Part shown: positions 9,789 to 20,293 of the stretch, piece after piece
Position numbering within the stretch: position 1 is the stretch's first letter
How the letters are laid out: the number at the start of each line of letters is the position of its first letter
Sequence record: SRR31156797_12723
Direction: 5' to 3' (one strand)
DNA length: 32,115 bases
Program-made: the position numbers and the translations under genes
The notes under the pieces: generated by a model
The model's database searches: none
Seen by the model: the letters and a program-made list of their open reading frames with translations, nothing else
What the model was told of the DNA's origin: nothing

Positions 9789-9843
9789 GCGATAGATTTT
9801 AACCAGGGCTTGTTGAAAAACAATGAAATTATGTTGGATGTTG

Positions 9844-9987
9844 ATATTTCGGTGCGCTGCACCTTGTTCAACTATGGGGGTGACGCTTATTTTACAAATA
9901 TTTCGCGGCTCTGCCGCTTGATAGTGAATCATTTAACAGGCATGGGTAAACTATAATAATCTTGCAAGGTACAGCGCGCTGGAACAA
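9844..9987. repeat. REP-like short hairpin repeats (two direct copies plus one degenerate inverted copy)
   Basis: ATATTTC-GGTGC-GCT-GCACC-TT (9844-9865) and ATATTTC-GCGGC-TCT-GCCGC-TT (9898-9919). 9966-9987 matches the reverse complement of copy 1 at 16/22. Confidence 0.6.
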
Positions 9988-10143
9988 AAATGCTATCGGA
10001 AAAGTGCAAGGATTTCTTAATAAACCAGAAAAAGGCCATGCATTAAACTACATAGTTGTCAATGCATTATATTGATTACCAAATTGGTGCTAATTCTTCA
10101 GTAAGTCGAATTATTAGCATCTCATCATGATGTTGATCAACTA

Positions 10144-13035
10144 TTAAAAACCCATGATGAATTCAGTGAGATTGACATCGTGCTCGAGGTTAAGCTTTTT
10201 GCGAAGGCGGTAGCGGCTGATTTCCACACCACGGGTTGAAATATTCATAAGGGTAGCAATTTCCTTACTGGAAATATTTAAACGCAGGTAGGCACAAAGT
10301 TTCATTTCGCGTGGCGTGAGGTCCGGATATTCCTCCTTTAACCGTTTCAGAAACTCTTCGTGCACATTTTCGAAATGCTTTTCAAACACCTCCCATTGTT
10401 GTTCTGTATCCATTTCACGATTTATCTTCCTGACCATGGAATTGATGTGGTTGGTAATCAGGTCGTCGTTTATTTCTTTTGAGAGTTTGTTAAGCTCCTT
10501 CTTGATTGTACTCAGTGATTTGCTCTTCTGAATCATCTGCATGGTGCTATTGGCCAGCTCCTTGTCCTTTTGCTTCATCTCTGCACGAAGTTTATCATTT
10601 CGCAGCCGGATCACCTCTTTTTCAGCCTCCAGGGCTTCTGTTTGTAGTTGCTTCTCACGATCCCTGAATAATATCTTCTGGCGTTCCTCTTCCAGTCTTT
10701 TGGATTTTTCCATGCGTATCCGAACGTACTTTCCCATCAATAAAAGAAATACGATGAATCCCAGGAAATAAACCACATATCCTTTCCAACTGAGATACCA
10801 TGGTGGTAAAATTTCGAACTGAAAACTGCTTACGCTACTTTCAGCACCAAAAATATTGATGGCTTTGACCTTAAAAATATACCTTCCGGGCCCAAGATTG
10901 GTAAATTCGCGGGTTGCCCTGTTTGTCCAGTCCAGCCAATGTGCATCAAAACCTTCAAGCTGCGTGGAAAACATCATACTGGCCGGATTTTCAAAATCAT
11001 TGGCTGCAAACTCGAACCTGATCTTATTTTGGTTGTAAGGCAGCTCCGGGTCCTCTCCAAGCACACCTGGATCACCGTGATGCAATGCCGTATCGGCACT
11101 TGAAAGTACAACGTGGCGAATATAGGAGGAAAAGGGCTGTTGATAATTTTTTGGATAGTCGGACGTGTAATGGGCAAACCCATTTTGAAGGCCAAATAAA
11201 ACATGCCCGGCATTAAGCGGATACACAAACTGAAACCCCTTGATGAACCGCCCTTCAAGCTCCCTGAACGGAACTTCAACCTTTGCATAGCTTCCATCTT
11301 CCTGTAGCCTGAACACACCCGTCTTTTCCCCGGAAAAAAACCAAACATTGCCCTCATTATCCTGTTCGAGTTTCAGTATATTTTCACCTGGGAATTTCTC
11401 ATTCAAAAGTTCATCGTTTACGAAACTATCTGATTCAGGATCATATACACGAATACCAAACTCGGTAGTAAAAACAGACTTTCCTGAAACCCGGAAAACG
11501 TTGATGTTCCGGTTTGATTCAAAACCGGCATCTTCGCCATAAAATTTAACCAATTTTACACTATCGAAATTTTCATCAAAGGCTATTTTAAAAACGCCTT
11601 TGTACCCATGTGCCATCCAAAGCTCATTTTTGCCGGCATTAGCCAATGAGCGCGATGATTCCTTAAAACCAGGGATTATCTTTTCGGACTGCCACCTGTT
11701 ATCTTTTTTCTGAAATCTCACAAGGCCTGTGTAGGTGCCACATATCACAATATCAGGTTGGCCCTCCGGTTGGATGAAGGTCCACCCTCCAAGCACATCA
11801 GAAAGTAACCGGGCCGATGTGCCCTCGATGATAAACACCCCGTTATTGTGGCCACAAAACAATGTTCCGTTTATTTCGCTAAGCTCCCAAACCTGTCCCT
11901 GCGTGCCTTCGATAAGCTTAAACCAGATATCAGTTGAACCACTAATCAGGTTTGGCCAATTGGTATAAAACAATCCTCTGTTGGTACCAACATAAAGATT
12001 ATCCTGATGTAGTATCGCTGCATATCCTGCACTCAATCCGTTGAAATAGGAAAAGTAACTGATAGGGGAATTAATCTCGACGTAATCAATACCATTATCG
12101 AGGCCCAGCCACAGATTTTTATACTGGTCTATTTTAAGACTTAATATGGTACTGTTTTGCAATCCACAATCCAGTCCGAATTTCTGCAGTTTTCGCCCCG
12201 ATGAATCACAAATCAAAACACCATCCTGGATTGTACCAAAAACATAAGTCGATTCATCAATTGTAGTGCCGCAATAAACCTGGTTATCCATCAGAAAATC
12301 GGCGGCCGGATTTTTCCATTCTTTGAGGTTTATGCCGTCAAACTCAAAAATGCCTTCGTTTGCTGTTGCAATTAATATGTTATTGCCTTTAGGCAACATC
12401 GACCAAATCAACTTTCCCTGCAACTTTTCAAGCCCGGGGACTTTAACAAGCCTCTCCCCGGCAAGGCGGTAAAGCCCTTTTTCCTGATCATTTACATAAA
12501 GTTCGCCTTTTACAAGGAAAGAAAAATGAAAAACGCCAGGCAATTTTATGGTTTTTATCTTACCACTATTATAAATCATAAGTTGCTGAAAAGTTTGAAA
12601 TACGATTCCAATGGGTAAATCATAAATCCGCCAGACATCTTCAAAAACTTCATCGTCCTCGTCAAGCAATTTCTGCAAATCGTGAAAAACCAGTTTTCCT
12701 GTGGCATCAGGTAAAAAGTAGCCGAACTGGTTGAATGCTCCGGCATAAATCCTACCATCGGCGGTAACCTTCACACTCCTGACCACAGTTCCATTAGGCA
12801 TGGGATATTTCCGCCAGTTTAACCCGTCAAACTCAACAACACCATCATTATTTGCAAAATAGGCAAGCCCGTCCGGACTGATATCAATCATCCAGGTTTG
12901 GGACCCCGCCTGAATTGTAGAAACATCATAGTTTCTAATGAATGGAATACCGATATTTTTAACACTGGCCGACAGTGAGAGTGAAAACCCGGTAAATATG
13001 ATCAGGTGAAATATATTTTTGAAAATAAGATTCAT
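10144..13035 (-). CDS. Membrane-spanning one-component regulator: periplasmic beta-propeller + Y_Y_Y domain, TM helix, coiled coil, LuxR-type HTH
   Basis: Propeller repeats (YFANNDG, NLWLGLDNGI, LWMAH), Y_Y_Y region FTNLGPGRYIFKVKA, ILPPWY followed by a TM helix, and C-terminal LTPREMKLCAYLRLNISSKEIATLMNISTRGVEISRYRLRKKL. No histidine kinase or receiver domain. ATG 13035 (MNLIFK) preferred over 13104. Confidence 0.92.
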   Translation of the reverse strand: MNLIFKNIFHLIIFTGFSLSLSASVKNIGIPFIRNYDVSTIQAGSQTWMIDISPDGLAYFANNDGVVEFDGLNWRKYPMPNGTVVRSVKVTADGRIYAGAFNQFGYFLPDATGKLVFHDLQKLLDEDDEVFEDVWRIYDLPIGIVFQTFQQLMIYNSGKIKTIKLPGVFHFSFLVKGELYVNDQEKGLYRLAGERLVKVPGLEKLQGKLIWSMLPKGNNILIATANEGIFEFDGINLKEWKNPAADFLMDNQVYCGTTIDESTYVFGTIQDGVLICDSSGRKLQKFGLDCGLQNSTILSLKIDQYKNLWLGLDNGIDYVEINSPISYFSYFNGLSAGYAAILHQDNLYVGTNRGLFYTNWPNLISGSTDIWFKLIEGTQGQVWELSEINGTLFCGHNNGVFIIEGTSARLLSDVLGGWTFIQPEGQPDIVICGTYTGLVRFQKKDNRWQSEKIIPGFKESSRSLANAGKNELWMAHGYKGVFKIAFDENFDSVKLVKFYGEDAGFESNRNINVFRVSGKSVFTTEFGIRVYDPESDSFVNDELLNEKFPGENILKLEQDNEGNVWFFSGEKTGVFRLQEDGSYAKVEVPFRELEGRFIKGFQFVYPLNAGHVLFGLQNGFAHYTSDYPKNYQQPFSSYIRHVVLSSADTALHHGDPGVLGEDPELPYNQNKIRFEFAANDFENPASMMFSTQLEGFDAHWLDWTNRATREFTNLGPGRYIFKVKAINIFGAESSVSSFQFEILPPWYLSWKGYVVYFLGFIVFLLLMGKYVRIRMEKSKRLEEERQKILFRDREKQLQTEALEAEKEVIRLRNDKLRAEMKQKDKELANSTMQMIQKSKSLSTIKKELNKLSKEINDDLITNHINSMVRKINREMDTEQQWEVFEKHFENVHEEFLKRLKEEYPDLTPREMKLCAYLRLNISSKEIATLMNISTRGVEISRYRLRKKLNLEHDVNLTEFIMGF

Positions 13036-13125
13036 GAACCGGCTGCCAATTTTTACATATTTATGCTGTAAAAATAGTAAAATGACCTGAAGATTTGCAG
13101 CCATAAGTTAATAAGCCTATGATGG

Positions 13126-13166
13126 AGAAAGAAAAACCGGGTTTCGGCATCACGCCAAAACCCGGT
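13126..13166 (-). terminator. Rho-independent terminator of the ABC exporter operon
   Basis: On the minus strand ACCGGGTTTTGGC-GTGAT-GCCGAAACCCGGT is followed by TTTTCTTTCT, 43 nt after the adaptor stop. Confidence 0.8.
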
Positions 13167-13209
13167 AAACAGTAATTATAAGAATAAAAAAAGCCTGATT
13201 CTGTTCTAT

Positions 13210-14298
13210 TTATTCCTCAACAGTACCATTCTTAATTTTATCATCCTTGTTAAGTCCTTCAAGCACCTGGATATTTATACCATCGGACAGGCCGGTTTTA
13301 ATATACCGCTTTTCGAAAACCTGAGGTTCAGTCTCGACCTCAACAAATACTGAGTCGCCTTCAAACTGGATCAGGCTTTCCTGGATAGCCATTACCGAAT
13401 CAACACGTTCGAGTACGATATCCGCATTTGCACTATAACCTGCTCTCACAAACTGGTTATCTTTTAGCTTAACAGCGGCCTTAATCTCAAACTGAATTGC
13501 ACCGTTTTCTTCAACACCTTTTGGTGCGATGTGTTCCAAAATGGCATTGAACCGCTCCTCCTCTATTGCCCCGATGGTGAGGATCAGATCCATTCCTTCC
13601 TGGATTTTACCAACCTCAGTTTCATCCACTTTACCTTCAAAAACCATTTCACCCATATCTGCCACATTGGCTATTGTAGTACCTTCATTAAAGGTGTTGG
13701 ATTCTATAACCGAGTTACCCTCCTCAACCGGCACATCCAGCACCATTCCATCAATGGTTGAACGGATCAGTGTGTTTGTTGTTTCATTCGTATTCTTGGT
13801 CTGGCCTTCTTTGATGAGCTGCAGGTTATTCTCAGCAGCATCAACTTCCTGTTTTGCCTGCCGGTATGCTATATCTGCATCTTCAAATTCCGATTTGGCA
13901 ATCACATCCTTATCGAAAAGTTCTTTCTGGCGGTTATAGTCTGACTCCGCGTTGGCCAATGAAATTTTTGCCTGTTCGAGCCTGGATTCGGCATTGTTAA
14001 GGTTGAGCATATTCGGAATGATGCGCACTTTGGCAATCAACTCACCCTTTTTCACATAATCGCCCGGCTCAACATAAAGCTTGTCAATAATCCCGGAAAC
14101 GACCGGTTTAATGGCAATTTCTTTCCTTGGAACAACTGATCCTGTTGCTACCGTCTTTTTTATTATGGTTTCGGTAAAAGCATTGGTTGTGGTAAATACC
14201 ACCGGCTTGGATTGGGACTTATCATAAAGATAATACAATGTTCCACCAAAGACTCCAAGTACAATGAGACCAATTAAAATTTTGAAAAATGTTTTCAT
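13210..14298 (-). CDS. Efflux transporter periplasmic adaptor subunit (MacA/HlyD family)
   Basis: N-terminal TM anchor, ATGSVVP...IKPVVSGII..LYVEPGDYVKKG, alpha-hairpin, IRSTIDGMV, VDETEVGKI, KTGLSDG. Confidence 0.93.
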   Translation of the reverse strand: MKTFFKILIGLIVLGVFGGTLYYLYDKSQSKPVVFTTTNAFTETIIKKTVATGSVVPRKEIAIKPVVSGIIDKLYVEPGDYVKKGELIAKVRIIPNMLNLNNAESRLEQAKISLANAESDYNRQKELFDKDVIAKSEFEDADIAYRQAKQEVDAAENNLQLIKEGQTKNTNETTNTLIRSTIDGMVLDVPVEEGNSVIESNTFNEGTTIANVADMGEMVFEGKVDETEVGKIQEGMDLILTIGAIEEERFNAILEHIAPKGVEENGAIQFEIKAAVKLKDNQFVRAGYSANADIVLERVDSVMAIQESLIQFEGDSVFVEVETEPQVFEKRYIKTGLSDGINIQVLEGLNKDDKIKNGTVEE

Positions 14299-14363
14299 AT
14301 CTGACTTTCCTGTTTTAAATGCTCGATTTATTTTGAATTAACCTGCTTAAGAAAAATTTACAT

Positions 14364-15632
14364 TTATTCATCTCTTAGTGCATCAATCGGCTTTATGCTA
14401 ACGGCTCTGCGAGCAGGGATCATACCGGCAAATGCTCCGCTTATGATCAATACCATCAGGGCTTTAATTGCCACACCGAAATCAACGGTTGGATTGCTAA
14501 ACATACCGGTTGATGCGCCTGACTGAGTCAGGAAATAATTTACCAGTTCGATGATACCGACACCAACAACCAGGCCCACATAACCTGCCAGTGCCGTTAG
14601 AAAAATGGATTCTGTAATGATTTGCGACATGATGGCAAATGGGGTTGCACCAAGTGCCCGCTGTATACCGATTTCCTGGGTTCGTTCCCTAACTATGATC
14701 ATCATGATATTACTAACGCCCACAACCCCGGCAAGCAGCGTTCCCAAACCTACAATCCAGATCAGTACATTGATGCCCCTGAAAAGGTTCGTCATTTTTT
14801 GAAACTCCTCCTGTACATTCGCCGAACCAATGGCGCGGTCATCGGCAGGGGCAATCCGGTGACGCTTTTTCATGAGCTCCTTTGCTTTGGTTTCAACCAC
14901 AGATACAGGAACATTTTCTTTTGCTGTCATGGAATACCAGCCCACAATATCTCCCATGTTATAGGTCCGTTGCAAGGTAGTGAAAGGCATAAAAACCTGT
15001 TGGTTCTCATTTTCGGCCTGCTGGTTACTTTTTTTGGATTTGCACAGTCCCACAACTTTAAACCATACGCCATTTATCCGCAGATACTTACCAATGGGGT
15101 CTTCACCCGGTTCAAACATCTCTTCATATACCCGCTGGGCAATGACAACATTTTTACGATAATCTTCAATATCCAGCTTATTGATAAACCTGCCGCTGAT
15201 CATTTCCATGGGATCGATCAGGTTATAGGCCGGGTAATCACCCTGTATCCTGAAACTACCAGTCCGCTCACCGCGCACTACATTATTATCACCATTTCGG
15301 CTAAAGCCTCTGATCCTTGGTGCGATGTACTCAATTTCGGGAATATTGTCGAGCAGGGCCTGCGTATCATCGTTTTTAAAATTGTAGAAGCGTCCTCTGG
15401 GCAGACCCTTATAAGGCTCGGTAGTCCGCTGTGTCCACATGAACATGCTGTTTGTAGCCATATCGCCCATGCCAACGCTTACTCCATTATGCAAACCTGT
15501 TCCTGAGCCCAACATGATTATCAGCATAAAGATTCCCCAAAAGACACCAAATGCCGTAAAAAAAGTACGAAGCCTATTCTTTTTAAGCGTACTAAAAATC
15601 TCTTTCCAGCTGTCAGGATCGAAGAATCGCAT
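14364..15632 (-). CDS. ABC transporter permease, MacB/FtsX family
   Basis: NRLRTFFTAFGVFWGI, periplasmic core, GVSNIMMIIVRERTQEIGIQRALGA, PARRAVSIKPIDALRDE. Confidence 0.94.
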   Translation of the reverse strand: MRFFDPDSWKEIFSTLKKNRLRTFFTAFGVFWGIFMLIIMLGSGTGLHNGVSVGMGDMATNSMFMWTQRTTEPYKGLPRGRFYNFKNDDTQALLDNIPEIEYIAPRIRGFSRNGDNNVVRGERTGSFRIQGDYPAYNLIDPMEMISGRFINKLDIEDYRKNVVIAQRVYEEMFEPGEDPIGKYLRINGVWFKVVGLCKSKKSNQQAENENQQVFMPFTTLQRTYNMGDIVGWYSMTAKENVPVSVVETKAKELMKKRHRIAPADDRAIGSANVQEEFQKMTNLFRGINVLIWIVGLGTLLAGVVGVSNIMMIIVRERTQEIGIQRALGATPFAIMSQIITESIFLTALAGYVGLVVGVGIIELVNYFLTQSGASTGMFSNPTVDFGVAIKALMVLIISGAFAGMIPARRAVSIKPIDALRDE

Positions 15633-15666
15633 TTGTTTTTATTGGTTATTTGTGTGTTCTTTTTTT

Positions 15667-15712
15667 AGACGCACGTCCGTGCGTCTTAACGAGAGACGCA
15701 TATCCGCGCTAC
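15667..15712. repeat. GTAG-type REP-like palindrome pair between the two permease genes
   Basis: Perfect hairpin AGACGCACG-TC-CGTGCGTCT (15667-15686) and a second decayed copy GAGAGACGCATATCCGCGCTAC (15691-15712) that reads GTAG... on the minus strand. Confidence 0.55.
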
Positions 15713-15713
15713 A

Positions 15714-16943
15714 TTACTCATCACGGAGTGCTTCTACAGGTTTGATGGCCGAAGCTTTTCGGGCAGGTACAAATCCGGCAATCGTTCCGGCAATCACAAG
15801 TATGAGGGTCGCACCTATCGCAATCCTGAAATCAACTTCGGGATTAGCAAAATAATCTGTACTTGGCAATGCACTTGAAACCAGTTCAAGTAATCCAACG
15901 CCCAAAACCAGCCCGATATATCCTGCAAACGCGGTTATCAGTACCGATTCCTGCAAAATCAGGCTGATGATCGACCAAGGTGTTGCACCCATCGACTTTC
16001 GTACGCCAATTTCCTTGGTTCGCTCTTTCACCACTATCATCATAATATTGCTCACCCCAACAATTCCGGCTATGATCGTACCGATACCAATAATCCAAAT
16101 GAAAAGCCTTATACCGGCAAAGAGGTCCATGAATTGTTGGAAATTTTCGATGGAATTGTATACAAATAAAGCACGCGGATCATCCGGATTGAACTTGTAT
16201 TTCCTGGCCAGTTCGCCCCTGGCCTCATCCAAAACGACATTGCTTTCTTCGGTATTGGCATTATCGAGCATCAGGCAAACATTTCTGATGTGGTTCCCCA
16301 TATTAAAAACACGTTGAGCAGTTGAAATGGGAATGTACACACGGGACACGTCACGATCACCTCCTGGATCATCGAACCAGCCAACCACCTTAAACGGCAC
16401 CCCGTTGATTTTGATATATTCGCCAACCGGTTCCATCTCCTTAAAGAGGGCTTCCTTTACCACTTTGCCTAAAACCACGGATTTCCTGAAATGATTTATA
16501 TCATAATCATTAATGTAACGGCCATTTGTAAGTTCAAGCGACTCAACATAATAGTACTCAGGTGTGATGGCGAAAATATCAAATGAACCGTATTCAGTTT
16601 TATAGGACAGATTCTGGCCATTAAATACAAATGTTCTGGAGGAACTTTTATCCACCTGGTCTATGTTGCCAAGCATGTTTTTATCGTCGTTTTCAAACCT
16701 GATAAAACGCCCTGCCTTCATGCCTTTGTAGGGCATACTTGTTATGCCGCTATTGATGGAGATGTAGTTAACAGCATCACCTTCAAATTCGCGTTTTACA
16801 CCATTTTCAAGGCCATATCCGGATCCAAGCAAAATGATCAGCATAAAAATTCCCCAGGCCACGCTGAACCCTGTGAGGAAGGTGCGTAGTTTGTTGCTGC
16901 GAATGGTACTAAATATTTCCTGCCATTTATCCAGGTCGAACAT
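15714..16943 (-). CDS. ABC transporter permease, MacB/FtsX family
   Basis: NKLRTFLTGFSVAWGI, GVSNIMMIVVKERTKEIGVRKSMGA, PARKASAIKPVEALRDE. Paralogue of the adjacent permease. Confidence 0.94.
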   Translation of the reverse strand: MFDLDKWQEIFSTIRSNKLRTFLTGFSVAWGIFMLIILLGSGYGLENGVKREFEGDAVNYISINSGITSMPYKGMKAGRFIRFENDDKNMLGNIDQVDKSSSRTFVFNGQNLSYKTEYGSFDIFAITPEYYYVESLELTNGRYINDYDINHFRKSVVLGKVVKEALFKEMEPVGEYIKINGVPFKVVGWFDDPGGDRDVSRVYIPISTAQRVFNMGNHIRNVCLMLDNANTEESNVVLDEARGELARKYKFNPDDPRALFVYNSIENFQQFMDLFAGIRLFIWIIGIGTIIAGIVGVSNIMMIVVKERTKEIGVRKSMGATPWSIISLILQESVLITAFAGYIGLVLGVGLLELVSSALPSTDYFANPEVDFRIAIGATLILVIAGTIAGFVPARKASAIKPVEALRDE

Positions 16944-16946
16944 GGT

Positions 16947-17663
16947 CTATGCTATTGGGGTTTCGGAATATGCGTGATGTTTACCGTTTTTGATATTGGA
17001 TTCGATTACACCATCTTTAAGCCGGATAATCCGGTTGGTGCGATGGGCAATATCATTTTCGTGGGTTACGATGAGGATTGTAATACCGAGATCGTTGATT
17101 TCCTTAAATATATCCATCACCTCATGCGATGTTTGAGAATCCAATGCTCCGGTAGGCTCATCGGCAAGTATTACTTTGGGTTTGGCCACGAGGGCCCTGG
17201 CAATAGCTATACGCTGTTTTTGGCCACCTGAAAGCTCGTTGGGATGGTGATCTGCCCATTCGCGTAAACCCATCCTTTCGAGATATTCCATGGCTATCAT
17301 GTTGCGCTTTTTCCTGCTTACTTTTTGGTAATAAAGTGGCATGGCAACATTTTCCAGCGCATTTTTAAAAGAAATGAGGTTGAACGACTGAAATACAAAA
17401 CCGATCAGCTTATTGCGGTATTGAGCAGCTTTGGTTTCGTTAAGTTTGGTGATCTCGTGATCATCCAGAAAATACTTGCCTTCATCATGATGATCGAGCA
17501 GGCCTATGACATTGAGGAGTGTGGATTTCCCGGATCCTGACGATCCCATGATAGACACCATCTCCCCTTTCTCAATCTCCAGATCGATCCCCTTTAGTAC
17601 ATGAAGACGATTGGAACCTGTTACGTAAGTTTTATGGATATTCTTCAGACTGATTATACTCAT
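16947..17663 (-). CDS. ABC transporter ATP-binding protein (LolD/MacB-type)
   Basis: Walker [19 protein letters not shown], signature LSGGQKQR, Walker [13 protein letters not shown]-loop VTHE. Confidence 0.96.
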   Translation of the reverse strand: MSIISLKNIHKTYVTGSNRLHVLKGIDLEIEKGEMVSIMGSSGSGKSTLLNVIGLLDHHDEGKYFLDDHEITKLNETKAAQYRNKLIGFVFQSFNLISFKNALENVAMPLYYQKVSRKKRNMIAMEYLERMGLREWADHHPNELSGGQKQRIAIARALVAKPKVILADEPTGALDSQTSHEVMDIFKEINDLGITILIVTHENDIAHRTNRIIRLKDGVIESNIKNGKHHAYSETPIA

Positions 17664-17703
17664 GGTATGTTAGCTTGCAAAGGTTTATTCAATTTACCGC
17701 AAT

Positions 17704-17820
17704 ACCACTTTTTGTGCCAATGTATTTAACCTACTTCTTATCAATCAATTAAAAAATGAAAAATACATCCTCAGCAATAGTACTGTACGGTTGTGTACAT
17801 AGTGTGTGCGCAAACGTTCG
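17704..17820 (-). promoter_or_regulatory. Putative sigma54 promoter with IHF site and two upstream palindromic activator sites
   Basis: Minus strand TTGGCAC-AAAAA-GTGGT (17720-17704). TATCAATCAATTA (17739-17751) matches WATCAANNNNTTR. TGTAC-N6-GTACA at 17784-17799 and TGTGCG-N4-CGTTCG at 17805-17820. Confidence 0.55.
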
Positions 17821-17838
17821 AGTTGCAGACAGGTAAGT

Positions 17839-20268
17839 TTATTCGTACTTTAACGAATCCGCAGGATTGGTGGATGCAGCCCGGAAAGCCTGGAATGATA
17901 CGGTGATTACTGCAATTAAATATGAAATAATGGCCGCGTAAATAAATACTTTCCAATTTTCGATAACGCTGATACGATAAGCAAACTGGTTGAGCCACCT
18001 TTCCATGAGTATGAAGGCAATGGGCCATGCAATGAGGTTTGACAAGCTGATCCATTTGGTAAAATCTTTGGTTAGCATCAATGATAATCCACTGGCAGTG
18101 GCACCAAAAGTTTTCCGAACACCGATTTCTTTAGTACGTTGTTCAGCCAGGAAAGACGAAAGGCCGAATAAACCCAGGCAGGCAATGAATATGGCAACGA
18201 TTGAAAAATAGATGTACATTTTCGACAGCCGGACTTCGGCATTGTATAGTTCATCAAAAGTCTGGTCCATAAAACGGTACTCGAACGGGAAATCAGGTTC
18301 CAGTCGGCTCCATACATTCTCCACCTTTTCGATATATTCAGAAACATCGCCAGGCTGCAGCCTGATACAAATATTCCGCATATCCTGCTCCTGGAGATGA
18401 AACATGAAGGGTTCAACCTGTTCATGTAATGAGGTGAAATGAAAATCATTCACAACTCCTATTACTTCATAGGTTTTTGTGTTCATCGGGTCGTTTGGCC
18501 TGAACTTTTTACCCACTACTTCTTCACCCCAACCCAGTTTTTCCCAAAGTGTTTTATTGATGATAACCGCAGACGAATCGGTGCCATACTCGCGTGAAAA
18601 ATTCCGCCCCCTGATCAAGTTCATTTTCATGGTATTGATGTAATTATAATCCACACCCGCATAAAAAATGAGCCACGGGTCGTTGGCACTTTTACCTTCA
18701 GGGAAATATGCACTCCCATCTGTTCCACCACCAGGATTCATGGTTGAAGCACTCACTTCCTCAACAGCTGGCAACTGCCTTAATGCACTCATAATTTCAT
18801 GAACATTGCCACGGAGTCGTTCATTACGTAACTCAACAACCATAACGCGCTCCTTATCAAACCCCAGCCGCCTGTTTTGCATATAATCAATCTGTTGGCT
18901 GATTATACCGGTTCCGATAATCAGGAACACCGAAATCGCGAACTGAAAGACCACCAGTGCGTTACGTAAACTCACATTGCGCCGGCTTCCCCTGAAGCGG
19001 ATGTTTTTCAACACATTTACCGGACGAAACGAAGACAGGTAAAATGCCGGATAACTACCCGCAATAAAACCAACCACAACCGCCAGAAAAAGATATCTTA
19101 CGATCATACGCGGGTTGGTAAGGATGCTTCGTTCGAGTTGACGGTTAACTACATCACTAAAATCTGGCAGGAATATTTCAACCAACAGCAATGCAATAAC
19201 CAGTGATGTTAAACTCAGTATTATACTTTCGGCGATAAACTGCCTGACGAGTTGGTATTTATATGCTCCGTGCACTTTACGCACTCCAACTTCCTTTGCC
19301 CTTCCAGCTGATCGTGCTGTGGTGAGATTCATAAAATTGATGCAGGCAATTAACAGGATAAAAAGGGCTATGGCAGAAAATGTGTACACGTATGAAATAT
19401 CACTGGTAGGCGCAACTTCAGCCATCAGATTTGAATGCAGATGAATGTCTTCAACCGGCTGAAGGAAAGCATTGAATTCCATTTGAAAGTCCTTAAAAAC
19501 TTCGGGCGACTCACCGGATTCGATAATAATCTTATCCATGATCACCGTTCTGATTTTTTTTTCGAACGCTTTCACATCTGTCTCATCGGCCAGTTTAATA
19601 TAGGCATAGTAAGCCAGAGAACCCCAGTTATTTTTGGTATACCTGGGTTCCAGAATTTTCATGGAAGACCATGAAATTAATGCAGGAAAGTCGAAATGTG
19701 TATTTCCGGGAACATCTTCAATTACCGCTGAAACCTTTAAGGTGGTTTCATTATTGAATTTTAAAACCTGCCCTACCGGGTTTTCGTCATCAAAAAGCTT
19801 ACCGGCCAGGGTTTCTGTGAGGACGATGGTAAGGGGATTATAGAGCGCTGTTGACAAATCACCATAAACGGGTTCAAACTTAAAAATATCAAAAAAGGCT
19901 GAATCGGCCATCATAAGGTTGCTTTCGTAGATACGTTTATCCCCTGCTGATAAAAGCGCTTCCTGGCTGATGTTTCGCAAACGAACTGCACTTTCAACCT
20001 CCGGAAAGGATTGCTTAAGTGTGGGTGCAAGAGGGGCTGGAGAAACGGCAGCACTGAAAAAATCACCCGACATCCGGCCATCAACAGCTACACGGTATAT
20101 GCGTCCGGAATCCTGGTGAAACCGATCATAGTTCAGTTCATACTGCACATAAATCAGGATAAGAATACTTGCAGCCATTCCAATGGCCAATCCCAAAATA
20201 TTGATCAGTGTAAATGTCTGATTCCTAATTAAGTTGCGGGAAGCAATTTTTATGTAGTTTTTTATCAT
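17839..20268 (-). CDS. Large duplicated MacB/FtsX-family ABC permease
   Basis: MIKNYIKIASRNL...INILGLAIG, LQPVEDIHL, ACINFMNLTTARS..RAKEVGVRK, IACLGLFGL...EQRTKEIGVRK, NPADSLKYE. ATG 20268 preferred over 20298. Confidence 0.95.
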   Translation of the reverse strand: MIKNYIKIASRNLIRNQTFTLINILGLAIGMAASILILIYVQYELNYDRFHQDSGRIYRVAVDGRMSGDFFSAAVSPAPLAPTLKQSFPEVESAVRLRNISQEALLSAGDKRIYESNLMMADSAFFDIFKFEPVYGDLSTALYNPLTIVLTETLAGKLFDDENPVGQVLKFNNETTLKVSAVIEDVPGNTHFDFPALISWSSMKILEPRYTKNNWGSLAYYAYIKLADETDVKAFEKKIRTVIMDKIIIESGESPEVFKDFQMEFNAFLQPVEDIHLHSNLMAEVAPTSDISYVYTFSAIALFILLIACINFMNLTTARSAGRAKEVGVRKVHGAYKYQLVRQFIAESIILSLTSLVIALLLVEIFLPDFSDVVNRQLERSILTNPRMIVRYLFLAVVVGFIAGSYPAFYLSSFRPVNVLKNIRFRGSRRNVSLRNALVVFQFAISVFLIIGTGIISQQIDYMQNRRLGFDKERVMVVELRNERLRGNVHEIMSALRQLPAVEEVSASTMNPGGGTDGSAYFPEGKSANDPWLIFYAGVDYNYINTMKMNLIRGRNFSREYGTDSSAVIINKTLWEKLGWGEEVVGKKFRPNDPMNTKTYEVIGVVNDFHFTSLHEQVEPFMFHLQEQDMRNICIRLQPGDVSEYIEKVENVWSRLEPDFPFEYRFMDQTFDELYNAEVRLSKMYIYFSIVAIFIACLGLFGLSSFLAEQRTKEIGVRKTFGATASGLSLMLTKDFTKWISLSNLIAWPIAFILMERWLNQFAYRISVIENWKVFIYAAIISYLIAVITVSFQAFRAASTNPADSLKYE

Positions 20269-20293
20269 CCAGTTCGAATTTTCATTCCACCTT

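Noticed and set aside
10144-13035. Hybrid two-component system call for the regulator
   Set aside because: No histidine kinase, receiver or AraC domain follows the TM helix, only a coiled coil and a LuxR HTH.
14622-15506. 294-aa plus-strand ORF
   Set aside because: Entirely antisense to a well-conserved ABC permease, so a shadow ORF. The same applies to the other short ORFs nested in the large genes.
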